Notes: generated by a model from the letters alone, not told the origin. Numbered from the stretch's first letter, positions 25,954 to 39,584 are shown. The stretch is 64,000 bases of DNA from Eledone cirrhosa (GCA_964016885.1 OZ024749.1:20336001-20400000), one strand, 5' to 3'. Numbers and translations are program-made.

Positions 25954-28900
25954 TTAATTGTAAGTTGTGATGTTGCTGTTCCACTCATATTTTCTATTTA
26001 ATTTTGGTTGTAATTCTTTTATGTTTATTGCCTCTGTAATTTGTCTAAACATTGCGTCTTTTCTGTGTGTAGATTCTATTTCTATTTCTATGTTCTCTAA
26101 TTTACCCTTGTGTTCTATTTTTGCATGTTGGTAGAGTACAGATGATTCTTTATTATCTTGAAGGTCTCGCCAGTGTTCATTTATCCGTTCCCCTACACTA
26201 CGAGCTGTCTCACCTATGTACACTATATTTTTGTCTCTACATTGTCCTTCAGTACATCTTATGCTATACACTACATTTCTAGTTTTACAGTTAATATGGT
26301 GGGCTTATTTTACAGGTTATACATTTCTTATCTATACATGAGGGTCTTTGAAAAGGGTATGTCTTGCTAATAAGTGTTTTTATGGAGGTACCTGGTCTTT
26401 CTACTATCTTAATATTGAGTTTATGTTTATTTAGGGCCCTTCTAAATTTGTAAGCTAATTCACCTCTAGGGGTTGTATCGATGAACATTACACTCTGGTA
26501 TTTATTGCTATCATACCATGAGTTTATTCTATTAGCCTTGTTCCTAGTTCTTTCTATTCTATTCCAAAATTTGCTCCTATACAAGGGGCAGGTCCCATTT
26601 ATGTCATTATTTACCATTTTTTTCCCATTTGGTTCTGGCTCCTCTATACACTCTGATTTTATCTCTCTGATTGTAGCCAGAGAACTGCATACGGTGGATG
26701 AAGTGTTGTATGTGTCTCTCTAGTTCTTCGGGGTTGCACATGCGGGACACATTTCTCATCACCCGTACCAAATCCGCAATCAGTATGTTGATTTTGGTAT
26801 GGTCCGAAATGGCCGAGTTTCGGTGGATCAGATGTTTGGAAGTCATGGGTTTGGCATAATGGGAATGGAGGATTTGTTTTTTGTTGTTAATGGTATCTAA
26901 CCAGAGCTCTGTCTCTAGTACAGGTAATCGATGGTTGGGGTGTTTACTTGGGTAGTCTATAGTAACTCTAATGCTCTGGTGGATGGAGTTTGCTATTTGC
27001 TGGATGCTTTCCATTGTGTTTTTCTCTAGTTCCTGACTGTTCTCTAGTGGGGGTGTCTTAACTACGATGTTTATATCATCTACGTAGCGGGAGTACATTA
27101 TCAGGGTTAAGGGGTCTTCTAATTGTTCTTTAAGTTTAAGTCTACTGTCCCACCATACCATGAATAAGTTAGCTATGTCGCCTGCAATGCTAACGCCAAT
27201 AGCTGCTCTTGGGCATATGTTTTTCCATTAAATTTGAACATATGTTCCTTAAGGGTTAGTTTTATGCTGGCCCCTACCGCATGTGCAATCATTTTTTTCA
27301 GTTCGTCGTGGTTTTCGGGTGTCCGTATGGCTCTGGTCCACCCGTTCCATCTATCTGTGTGGGTTTTCTTGGACATTGAGGTAATGGTAGGTGGTCTGCC
27401 TCTTGCTGGTCTTGTAGGGCACAGGTTGCTAAGGTCATATGTGTCTAGGTAATTATTACTATAGGTAAGCTTAAGTAGGAGTCCCAGCTCACTGGTATCA
27501 ATCCCACGGAACTCAACCTTGCTCCCACTGATCATTTCTACGCATTTCTCCACAGCAAAATCCACGTCAATAGATGGATACAGGGACACAACATCCATAC
27601 TGCCTATTGTGCAGTTTGTTAGGTCCCCAGATCGGTTACTCACGCCGATTCTGCTGAGGAGGTCCTCCGTGCTGTCACATACATCTGGGGACATTTCAAT
27701 GATGGGGCGTATGATCAGGGAGAGGAAGTAGGACAGTCTGTAGTTACTAGCAATGTTAGCTCCACAGACTGGCCGTGTTGGTGGTCCCGCGACAGGGTCA
27801 CAGCCCGTTTTATGGTCTTTTCGAAGCCCATACAACGCCGGCACGTCATTGTTCCAGGCCTGGAAGTTGTTGGCAGTCCTTTTGTTGGGCTACATTATAT
27901 TCGTCCACATCACCATATGGGCATTGAGGGATTTTTCTCTATCCTCATGCTCCTGTGGTGTTACCTCTCTTGTGTTAGTGATGTGGGGTTGCATTGCCTG
28001 GATGTAGTTTGGCAGGCTGTCAACCGACATTCTGCCAGACTTGTCTGTTGGAAAGCATGCTATCTCTCCGTTACGTGAGCGCTGCATGAGCTTACGCAAG
28101 CCATTTGCAGATTTTTCTCCCAGTTGCTGGGCCTCCATTCTATTATGCTTCTTGCCATACTGTTCTATAATATTTCTAAGTTCGGATCTAGCTATACTAA
28201 ATTGTGCTTCTGTTTGTTCATCGACCTGCGACGGCAATTGTGTGCGTTTGTTAAATGGTAAAGTCGTGGCGTGGACTCGTCGCAGGTCGAATGATTTATC
28301 GGAGGGATTATAAAACGTAGAGTTCCAGGCTGCTGCTTTATGTGTACTAGTGCTATTGTTATTGTTAGTTGTGTTGTTTCTATTTCTATTTCCACCAACA
28401 GCCTCATGGTTGTTTCTATGTCTCTCATAATTACTCCTGTCTCTTTCCACTGGCTCATTGTTGTTATCTACCCTATTTTGTGTGTCTGTGTGTTCCTCTT
28501 GGTTATTCTCTTTGTCCTTAGTCTCCCTTCTCCTTTTAATCCTATTACTTTCCCTTATTTCTGTGATTTCTGTGCTACTGTCATTACTTGTTTTCTGTGT
28601 CTGTGTGTTTTTTAAGATTGTGGTGGTGGTGAGAGGCATTGAATGCGTGTGTGTTGTTGTTGATGTGTGCTGTTGTTGATGTGTGTTGTTGTTGTCTCCG
28701 TGTGTGTTATTGTTGTTGTGTGTTGTTATTGTTGTTTGTGTCTGCGTGTCTGTAGTTGTTGTTGTTTCTGTGTATGTTGTTGTTGTTGTTGTTGGTGTGT
28801 GTGTGTTGTTGTTATTGTTGTTTGTGTCTGTGTGTCTGTTGTTGTTGGGATGTGTGTTGTATATGTGTGTGCGTATATTGTTGCTTTTGTTTTTATTTTT

Positions 28901-29638
28901 GTTTTTGAGGCTCCAGCGTAGTTTTGTAAATGATTTTTCTATTTCTGACAGACAACTAATCATATTTACCTTCTTGAATGTCGCAAATTTCGGGGGTAAA
29001 CATAACACAGACATCTCATCGTTATCTATTCTTGTGTTACCATATATATTTGTGTTGTTGTTGTTGAACTCTTCTGTTAATGAGGTGTCGGCCATATTTA
29101 TACCGTCAATTTTGTCGGGATATCTATTGGTATTCTCTATAGTATCCTGATTTAGCTTTATCTGCTTAAGCCACTTTAGTTTCTTGTTAAAGTGCTTATC
29201 ACATTCTTGAGTAATGTACTGTTCTTCAGGGCGTATAAAGCTTATAAATATTAGTTTCTCTCTTGGTGTGGTGATCCTAGCTATTTCTTGTATTAGGTTA
29301 CGCTTATGTTTTTCTTGATGACTTAATTCTCTATAGATCTTCTTTTTTATGTTTAGAATTAATGTTCGTTTTAGCCTATCTGCTTGTTTTTTGGTGAGTT
29401 GTAATCTTCTAACGTCGGTGTTGATGGTGTTGGTGTAAATTCGGGATGAGGCACATTTTTTTATGAAGTGTAGTTGTCGAGATGTTATGGTTTTTCGTAG
29501 ACAACAGAACATGGTGGTTTTCAGTATCTTGTTAGCCTGGCTAAGGCTTACGATATTTCGTTTCTGAATTTTTTTAGCAAGATTCTTTATCTGAAATCGT
29601 GTGTTGAAACCGATATTGTTATACTTTGGGAGGGTCAT
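25954..29638 (-). pseudogene. PLE polyprotein: reverse transcriptase plus C-terminal GIY-YIG endonuclease, disrupted
   Basis: PTDKSG, LYGLRKDHK, PTRPV, SMDVVSLYPSI, AIGVSIAGDIANLFM, YSRYVDD, NVVYSIRC, YIGETARS..ER..EH. In-frame TAG at 27890-27892; frameshifts near 27207, 26620 and 26300. Confidence 0.93.
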
Positions 29639-29766
29639 GTTGCCAATAAGAAACACACGCACCAGTTGCTTTCACTTCAATTTATTATATATTTATAAAT
29701 TTATAAGTTTATAAATTTATAAATTTCTGGTTGGTTGGTTCCACAACCAGATAGTTGTTTATATAT

Positions 29767-29811
29767 AGTCATAGTTCTTTCGTCACACACTCTGTGACCT
29801 CTTCAGTGACT
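29767..29811 (-). ncRNA. Minimal type I hammerhead in 5' pLTR
   Basis: Same sequence as 25713-25757. Confidence 0.85.
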
Positions 29812-30060
29812 GGGGATTCCTTTCTTTGTTTCTGTGCCTCTCCTTTGTTCTGTCCTACGCCATTTTGTTTCTGTGTGTGTGTTGTGTGCTCAGTCTGCGC
29901 ATGCGCCACATCCGGGTGTCTGTGTGTGTTTATGTTCATTTATTTATTTGTTTATTTACATGTTACTGGTTGGTTGTTTGTTCTATGTGTGTGTGTGTTT
30001 TCATTTTGTCCTTAATTGTAAGTTGTGATGTTGCTGTTCCACTCATATTTTCTATTTAAT

Positions 30061-31010
30061 TTTGACAGCAAAATAGAAAGATCAATTTTCTGTAGGCATA
30101 AAATAGCTACTAGATTCACAAACTTCAAACCACCGTGATTTGAACCAGCAATCCCAAAATTAGAACTGAACCACCTAGATTTTAAATATAGAATACACAC
30201 CATCGCACTGCTATTAGCTGCCAAACGGCCAACTGGTCACTGGATCATAAATCTCTGAACATCTCTTTCACCCTCTCTCCCCGAAACAGCTTCAACCCCA
30301 TTAAGATAGAACAATCAGCAAAACATTTACAACAAGCGTTTGTCAAACGTCCCGTCATCCCTAGCCCATAAATCTCATACCAGTATCCACCAACTAATCT
30401 CTAATTTATTGTTTTTTTTCTTTTATCTGTCACTACATCGGACCCTCTACACGTATCTATGTACATCTCGAATCTGATTTTTCATGTTAGCACTAAACCC
30501 ACCAAGGAATCCTTATAAGAAAACTTACTCACAACTGCTACAAATATACTATGTATTCACACGCTCCCACTACATCTCTAACTTCTCTACCTATTTACCA
30601 TATATGTTTTATTATTGATGTTATTGTTTTGATTATACGCTATTTTTCTATAAATGTCTTGCCTCGAGTGAATTATTTTTATATCTATGTACCCTGTGTT
30701 GACCAGAGGTAAATAATGTATTGGATATCGAGTGACGCAACTTCAAGCGATTAGCGAACTCTAGACTCACATGATCAACCACACAATTGTCAGTACTTTA
30801 AATAAAGCCCTTATTGTACAACCAACCATGTTACTCTTCATTCTTTCACTATTATTACTCCAAGTATAACCTGCATAGAAATTACCGCGATCTCACTGCA
30901 TAACTATGGAAGCATCTTGTTGAGTCAAACAAAGCCGTACGTTAAAACTATCCACGACGCAGAGTACTCGCAACCGCTAATTGGATTAACTATAACGATA
31001 ACTTGTTATA
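30061..31010 (+). mobile_element. 3' remnant of GIY-YIG family B element abutting the family A element
   Basis: 30061-30138 reads FDSKIERSIFCRHKIATRFTNFKPP*, matching NNKIERSIYCNHRLKEKFSHYKSNP; right boundary inferred from (TA)n. Confidence 0.65.
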
Positions 31011-31067
31011 CCATATATATATATATATAAAGTGTTTAAACGATCAAATTTTAGTTTAGAACATTTA

Positions 31068-31119
31068 TTAGCTGACAATTGTTTCTTCCAGAGAGAAGTC
31101 TGGAATCATCGGAACATAA
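31068..31119 (-). ncRNA. Type I hammerhead with U4->C change
   Basis: GTT-CCGATGA-TTCCAGA cttctc TCTGGAA-GAAAC-AATT-GTC-AGC. Confidence 0.7.
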
Positions 31120-31423
31120 GGAATGTCGAAAACGTGTAACTAGAATTCTAGTCATTTAGGACATTTAGGGTACATAGTTGTTATTAGTGTCAAAGGCATT
31201 ATGTGGAGATTCAGGAGTTAAAAAGATGCTCCGCTTGAAATAACACAATTACAGGCAGCAATGGTTGGGAGTGTAATAGGTATAAGTAAAAGTAAAAAGC
31301 ACAAGCCAAAAAATCACAAGCAAAGAAAAAAAACACAAGCAAAAAAAAAACACAGGGAAAGAAGTTATAAGCAAGGACAATTGGTGTACAATGCAGGAGT
31401 CAATACAGTCAATAAGGCAATGA

Positions 31424-31489
31424 ATGAGGAAAGAGTTATGGTGCAGTTGAAATAAACTTATTTCAACTGCATTATAACTCTTTCCTCAT
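31424..31489. repeat. 32-bp-arm palindrome
   Basis: ATGAGGAAAGAGTTATGGTGCAGTTGAAATAA ac TTATTTCAACTGCATTATAACTCTTTCCTCAT, then (TA)n. Confidence 0.9.
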
Positions 31490-31554
31490 ATATATATATA
31501 TATTCTACTAATAACACTATAAACAAACAACCTAATATTACCAACAAACACCAA

Positions 31555-32539
31555 ATGAAAAGTACACACCTAAATGCCACTCACACTATACCCCAAGATA
31601 CCAACATAAAACCAAATTTCTCTAACTCCTCTAATATAAAGTATAGTAACTCTCAAAAAACTACTCATCATACAACTCTAATAAATGTTAATAATAAAAC
31701 TCCTAATAAACAAGCTAAAACTCCTAAATCAATAAATCTAACTAAAAATGTGCGTGGTGAGGTCATTAACATTAATCCTCCTAGTAAACATCACGATGCA
31801 TCCTATAAAAACAATAAACAACATAGAAACCGTAATAGACGAGTTACTTGGTATAATGCTCCATTTAATTTACAAATTAAGGATAATATTGCTAAAAAAA
31901 TTTTTAATATCCTAGAGAAAAACTTCCCGCCAAACCACAAATACCATCAAATCTTAAATAGATCAACAGTTACATTCTCATACTCAACAACCAAAAACAT
32001 AAAACAAAATATAAGTGCCTATAATGCATATAAATGTAAAAAAAACCATAAGTATACCACCAATACATCAAACTAACCATAATATCTCCTCAAATACAGA
32101 ATTAACGAAAGGTTGTAACTGTAGAAACAAAGCAAACTGCCCATTAAAAGGAAATTGTCTTGTTAACAACATAGTTTATAAATGTAAAGTTAAAACTAAA
32201 GATTCTATTTGCTCATATATAGGAGCTACTTCTAACAATTTTAAGGTAAGGTTTAATACCCACAAGCATAGTTTTAAAAATGCCGCACTGGCTAATACAA
32301 CATCTCTAGCAGAAAAAATTAATTGTTATAGAAATAAGAATATAGAATATGATATGACCTGGAGTGTGCTCAAAAGAGCCACCCCTTATCAAAATAATAG
32401 AAATGAATGTAGATTGTGTTCCCAAGAACTATTTGAAATAATGAAATCTAAGGATATCCTATTAAATAAGCGACAGGAATTAATTATATCGTGTAATCAT
32501 AAACTGAGAAAAACATTTAAATATTATAAACCTAATTAA
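31555..32539 (+). pseudogene. Penelope-like linker plus GIY-YIG endonuclease (family B-related), frameshifted, no RT visible
   Basis: RRVTWYNAPF...FSYSTTKN; frameshift in A-run ~32038-32045; CNCRNKANCPLKGNCL, IVYKC, YIGAT, FKVRFNTH, CRLC, LLNKRQE..SCNH. Confidence 0.9.
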
Positions 32540-33400
32540 TAATATATATTTTAGAAATTAATATATAAATTAATTTAAATGTAGTTAACCTATAATTTTA
32601 ATTTAATTAAAATTCTACTACAGATGAAATTAAAAAATATTGTGTAATCATAAACTGTGAAAAACTTTTAAATATTATTAACATAATTAATATATACTTT
32701 GGAAATTAATTTATAGATTAATTTTAGTTTATTTAACCTTTTATTAAAATTCCTTTACAGATGAAATATAACAAAATATCGTGTAATCAATAACAGAGAA
32801 ATACTTTTTAATATTATAAACCTAATTAATGTACAATTTAGAAATTAATTTATAAATTAATTTTAATTTAGTTAACCTATAATTTTAATTTAGTTAGCTT
32901 AAAATTAAAATTCTAATACAGATGGATTGCAGAATATCATGTAATCATAAACTGAGAAAAACTTTTAAATATATACCTAATTAATATATTCTTTACAAAT
33001 AAATATATAGATTAATTTTAATTTTAGTTAACCTATAATTATATTCTACTATAGATAAAATACAAAATTTGCTTTAATTATTATAAACCTAATTAACATA
33101 TACTATAGAAATTAATATATAATCTTTAATTTAGTTAACCTATAATTAATATTCTACTACCGATGAAATACTTGATTTGGCTTTCCCTATTACAAAATTC
33201 ATTTCCTAAAATTGATACCATCATGTTAATATTTTTAATTTAGTTATGCTATAATTAATACTCTACTACTGTTTAACTTCAAAATTCCGCTTTAAATATT
33301 ATAAACCTAAGTAGTATACACCTTAGAAATTAATATATTAACTATTTTTACTTTAATTAACCTATAATTAATAGTCTACTTATATTAAAATGCATAATTT
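32486..33400 (+). repeat. Degenerate AT-rich ~140-160-bp tandem repeat built from the ORF end and 3' UTR
   Basis: TGTAATCA(T/A)A motif recurs near 32492, 32643, 32782 and 32940; shorter units with TTATAAACCTAA near 33081 and 33299. Confidence 0.8.
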
Positions 33401-33569
33401 AGCCTTCTTTCTTACAAATACCATTTCCTAATACTGACACTACTATGTAAACACATATTATGATTTAAATGCAGATTAATATTCTATGTTCCTTGAAACC
33501 TATATTTACTATTTCCCACTAATAATTTTAATCCCCCTCCCCCCCCTATAATTATTCGTATTTGTAAGC

Positions 33570-34700
<1,131 letters not shown>

Positions 34701-34931
34701 AAACATACAGAGACATTAGCCCTGAATGTTTATATTTACATACACTTTTTCGACATGCGTATGCATGTGAACATACATTTTTATGCATATCTGTGAACGA
34801 AGTTACTTACATATATACACACACCTAACTGTATTTTCTTGATGAATTTTTATGTGTTTCATTGGTCTATTTAAAATCTGTTCCCAAACAGACCTGTAAT
34901 TTTGAATTGTTGTTATTATCAATAAATATAC

Positions 34932-35074
34932 TTCATTATTTCTGAAGACAGCATATATATGTGTTGGTATGTATATTCTCTTTGATAGTTTGTATAATTT
35001 TGTACATAGATCTTTTGAATATGCATGCCAATTCTAACACATATATGTCCTAGAAACGATCGTTAAATAATGAA
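34932..35074 (+). ncRNA. Type I hammerhead with ~104-nt stem II
   Basis: TTCATTATTT-CTGAAGA-[CATATATATGTGTTGG...CTAACACATATATG]-GAAAC-GATC-GTT-AAATAATGAA; 10-bp stem I, palindromic stem III. Confidence 0.8.
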
Positions 35075-35127
35075 CTTTTTTTGTTTAATATAAGGAACTG
35101 TTTCATTGTTTTATTCATTATTTTTTT

Positions 35128-35217
<90 letters not shown>

Positions 35218-35289
35218 CTCTGAACGATCGACAAGATCCCAGACCTAATTTGCTTGCCCAGTGGGGTGGACCTCGTCAAATCGGACCAA

Positions 35290-35470
35290 GGAAACAATGT
35301 TTCCATTGGTCTTTCCATTGCTGATACCATCTAACGTTCGCAACTCCTTGCGAAGGGGGGCAACATGAAATAAAGTGTCTTGCTCAAATACACAACGCAT
35401 CACTCGATCCTAGAATCGAACTCAGGACCTTACAATTGCGAATTCAACTGTCTAACCTCTAACCTTCCCT
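35290..35470 (-). mobile_element. tRNA-derived SINE, degenerate
   Basis: Minus-strand B-box GAGTTCGATTC followed by TTGAGCAAGACACTTTATTTCA; similar to 49555-49610. Confidence 0.6.
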
Positions 35471-36011
35471 ATTTTTCTGAAAATGATTGCGCAACCTTAG
35501 GTTTCGTGATCTGGCAAGATTGCATGATAACAATCATTGGTATCAACCCCGTCTTCAGGCGCTTACAAACAATGTCTCGCAATAATTATTTCCTCGGTAT
35601 GAATCATAATATATATCTATATATAAATTTGAGCGACTTTCGCCCGTCACACAATGGGTGTGTGTTTGTGAGAATGTATGTGTATTTGTGTAAATGTCTG
35701 TGAAGTGTGTATGTGTTTGCACGTTTATATTTACATACTCATACATATAAATGCATGCATATGCACAACTAAACACGCACATCAATATACGTGTACGCGT
35801 CAGCGTATTGAAAAAAAATCCTAGTAATAAGAAAAAAGCGCTGAAGTTTCGTTTAAATATTTTTTATTGATTATCGACCTGTTATATATGTAACCGGATG
35901 ATAATAAAAAAAATGTAAAAGAAACTTCATCACTTTTTCCTTAAGATATACACACAGCTTGCGCACCGAGAGCTCTTATTGGGGCCTGTATATCATTGAA
36001 TCACTTATATA

Positions 36012-38357
36012 TCTTATATATAAAGTGAAGATGGACATTGTTTGGTGTTCCCAACTTGCATGCTACACCGTTCATCCAATTTTCATGAAACCTCACACAT
36101 ATATAAAACTCAACGCGTAGAGTGGAATAGGCTACTTGAAAATTTCGAAAAATCGATAATGGGGACCCCCAGAAGCCAAAAATCGATATTTTCAAAAATC
36201 GATGAAACTCGACGCAAGTGTGTATTTTGATTCAGGGATAAACGTGCGCTACATTAAATTTTCGAAAAATCGATAATTGGATCACCAGAGGCAAAAATCG
36301 ATATTTACGAAATTTGTCCGATTCCAATGAAATTTGACGTAGGTATGTATTTTGATGCGGGGATTAACGTGGGATACTTGAAATTGTAAAAAGAAAATCG
36401 ATAATCGGACCCCCAGAAGCAAAAATCCGGCAACCGAAAAACGCCATTCTTCTTGCTTACATTTGTCGCGACTCCCGCCATGCAAAAAATGTTCAATCTA
36501 TCAGGATTATCTACCGTAAGTATTAACGCTCACCATATTCAGCAAACCTTTTATGCCGATTCTTCCATTTCTTATATAAGGACTATCAACACTATACCGC
36601 CGCGCATCATCCTGTGTTGCACCCAGTCTTATCAAGCGATCATCGAGCCTCCATGCGCTCCCTTCATTCCCGTGGTCCCACTACCGTACCATAATGAGGC
36701 ATCCGTCAAACTCTGCCCTCTCCCATCCCTGCACGCCGTCGACCTACTGCATCGTTGTGCATCACCATGCGCATCTCTGCATTGTCAGCTGCAATTCATT
36801 CCCCGGCCCTTTCCATTGCCTGCCCTCCGTGGTCCCTAAGGACTGCCACGGCTCAACATGCCGAATCCCTGCCACCGTCCACCCCTGCCCATTTCCATTG
36901 CCTACACTCCGGGAGAGCTCAAGACTTCCAGGCCTGACCAAGCCGCATCCCTGCCACCGTCAACCCCTGCCCTTTCCCTTCCCTGCACGCCGTCGTCCCA
37001 CTGCATCGTCATGCCGCATTACTGCCCTGTCGGCCACCATCCCCTCCTCAGCCATTTTTTTGGCCTGCCCGCCGTGCTCCTTCAATACTGCCTTGCCTAA
37101 CTAAGCCGCATCCCTGTCACCATCAAGTTCTTCCTTCTCCCTTCCCTGCACGCTGTCGTCCCACTGCATCGTCATGCCTCACCATGCCGCATCCATGCTC
37201 TGTCAGCCACCATGCCCTCCCCTTCCCTCTCCCTTACCCGCACGACTTGGTCCTTCACGAGTGCCATGGTTCACCATGCGGAATCCCTGAAACCGTCAAT
37301 CCCGGCCATCTCCCACTGCATCGTCATGCATCACCATGCCGCATCAATGCTCTGTCAGCCGCCATCCCCTCCTTGGCCCTTTCTTTTTCTTGCCCGCAGT
37401 GCTCCTTCAAGACTGCCATGGCTCACCATGCGGCATCCTTGCCACTGTCCACCCATGCCCTCTTCCTTGCCTGCTGGCCGTCGCCCCACTACATCTTCAT
37501 GCCTCAGGATGCCGCCTCCATGCACTGTCAGCCACCATCCCCTCCTCGGCCCTTTCTTTTGCCTGACCGCCGTGCTCCTTCAAGACTCCCATGGCTATCT
37601 ATGCCGCATCAATTCCTTGCCACCCGCTTAAACGTCATCAGTATGGCTTATTGTTGCCTCATTTGATCACCGATTTTCGCAGGCTAAACACAATACCAAC
37701 GTGCACGATAGTCCATGGTAAATCTTTTTAATTACATGTTCTTGAGGCTGTTGCAAAGGGCAATAACCCTAGACGTAATTTTGATCAACTTTTTTTCACC
37801 TATAGCAAATTTACCGGGATAGGTCTTTAGCTACTCAAATCTACTTCAGAGGTCACGCATTCATGTAAAAAATCAATAAAACTGAAGCGGGGGTTCGACT
37901 TTGCGCAAAAAACAAGACAAAGTTGCAGATGGGATAATTTTTTACAGGAACGTCCGATTTTCGTGAAAACTGTCGCAAATGAATCGTCCATTATGCCGCG
38001 ATTCAGATAAAGTCCCTTTTATTTCTTCTTCTGCACATGTGAGCGCCAAAATTGTAAAAAAAAAAAAATTTGAAAAAATCGACTTTTTCAACCTGCTTTA
38101 AAAATCAACTGAAATTTCAATTTCAAGTTAATTTGACTTCCGTCAGTCTTGCAAAGAACAATTTCAACGATACACTCTGAACCTACAATTGATCCATTAT
38201 TTATGCTCAATTACACACCTGCGTATACTAACCTCTATTTTTTCCCTTGAGGTGCGAAGGTTTTTGCACCTGTGATGCGCGGGAAGTAACTTTCAAACAT
38301 TTTAACAACAGACCAAAGGTCGACTTACACCCGGGCAACGCCGGGTACTTCTGCTAG
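36012..38357 (+). mobile_element. Non-autonomous Helitron-like element (alternative 5' end at 35616)
   Basis: A|TCTTATATATAAA start; end ACCCGGGCAACGCCGGGT hairpin then CTAG|T; internal ~115-bp subrepeats at 36075-36430. Confidence 0.75.
36640..37625. repeat. GC-rich degenerate minisatellite (~150-175-bp period) inside the Helitron
   Basis: CTTCAAGACTGCCATGGCTCACCATGCCGCATC-like units near 36839, 36921, 37083, 37257, 37408 and 37581. Confidence 0.7.
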
Positions 38358-38602
38358 TATATATATATATATTTATGGATAACTGCCTCCCATTGGCCTT
38401 ACTTTATTTTATTTTATACTTTTCTCTTTCTCTCTCTCACTCTCGCTCTCCCTCTCTTTCTCTCTCTCTTTCTCTCACTCTCTCTCTCCCTCTCTTATTC
38501 TCTCTCTCTTTGTCTCTCTCTTTCTCTCTCGCTCTCGTTCTCGCTCTCTCTCTCCCTCTCTCATTCTCTCTCTCGTTCTCCCTCTCTCTCTTGCCCTCTC
38601 TC

Positions 38603-38654
<52 letters not shown>

Positions 38655-38699
38655 GATTTTATTTCAAATACGAGTACATTTCAATATATCTTTGGTTTC

Positions 38700-38815
38700 T
38701 CCATGTGGTCGAAATGGCGAATCGTCAGAGCGTTCTGAGTTCAAATCTCGCCTTCAAGTCCCCTTTGCCTGTCACCCTTTCTGGATCGATAAGAAAACGT
38801 ACCAGCCCAATGCCG
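38700..38815 (+). mobile_element. Degenerate tRNA-SINE
   Basis: CTGAGTTCAAATCTCGCC...TTTGCCTGTCACCCTTTCTGGATCGATAAG resembles the SINE at 56460. Confidence 0.55.
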
Positions 38816-39335
38816 GTGCAAGTATCTCTCCCCCACGCTCTCCCACCCATCACTCTCTACCTCTCTCTCTCCCACCTTTACTCTCTCTCCCACTCGTACA
38901 AAGTCTTACTCGATTGTGAGTGGCGGCCCGGCCGTAGTGTATTTGGTTATTTAGTTTAAAATTTTTCCTCATCAACGCAATAATTATATTGTTTATCGTC
39001 TGCAATATATTTCTTTAAACTATTCATGACCCAATTTCTATATAACTCTCAACCTAAGTCAATATTCTACAAGCCATTTGGGTCACACTTTATTTTGTTC
39101 ACAGAAAATTTCTAGAACGCCATTGTTATGAAATATTAATAATAAAAATAATAATAATTCTTTCGTTTTTTTGTTTTTTTTTGCCGCCAACGTACATTCA
39201 TTCGTTGGTTCGTTCGACAGAAAGAACCCTATAGAAAGGTGTTACAAAAAAATATATCGGCGTAGACAATAGAAATATATATTAAAAAAAAAACAGGAGG
39301 CAAAGACGCTACGCAACATATATATATATATATAT

Positions 39336-39440
<105 letters not shown>

Positions 39441-39529
39441 CATACATATATATATATAAATATATATATATATGTATATAAAATAAAGTTAAATAAAAGT
39501 CAAATGATTAAAATTTAGCTTCGTTTATT

Positions 39530-39584
39530 ACTGCTATATATATTTCAGTGACAGCCATCTTTGGCTGTGACCTCTTCAGGCAGT
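39530..39584 (-). ncRNA. Type I hammerhead, intact core
   Basis: ACTGC-CTGAAGA-GGTCACAGCCA aaga TGGCTGTCACT-GAAA-TATATA-TA-GCAGT. Confidence 0.8.

Larger units (their letters stand above)
25494..30064 (-). mobile_element. Near-full-length Penelope-like retroelement (family A) with ~510-bp direct pLTRs
   Basis: 25494-26006 matches 29553-30064; each repeat holds the ORF end (LNRKYEWNSNITTYN*), 3' UTR, HHR and the first ORF codons, the partial-tandem PLE layout. Confidence 0.95.

Noticed and set aside
30687-30796. Long-stem II hammerhead in the family B remnant (GTTGACCA...TGATCAAC, CAATTGTC)
   Set aside because: Both CUGANGA and GAAA are unrecognisable; too degenerate to call.
25954-32539. 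Selenocysteine-recoding PLE (as reported for some Naiad elements)
   Set aside because: The interruptions are one TAG and frameshifts; the cysteines I checked are TGT/TGC, with no in-frame TGA and no clear SECIS.
36453-37666. Pro/Cys/His-rich ORFs in the GC-rich tract as a host exon
   Set aside because: Overlapping ORFs in all frames from a degenerate tandem repeat; no recognisable domain.
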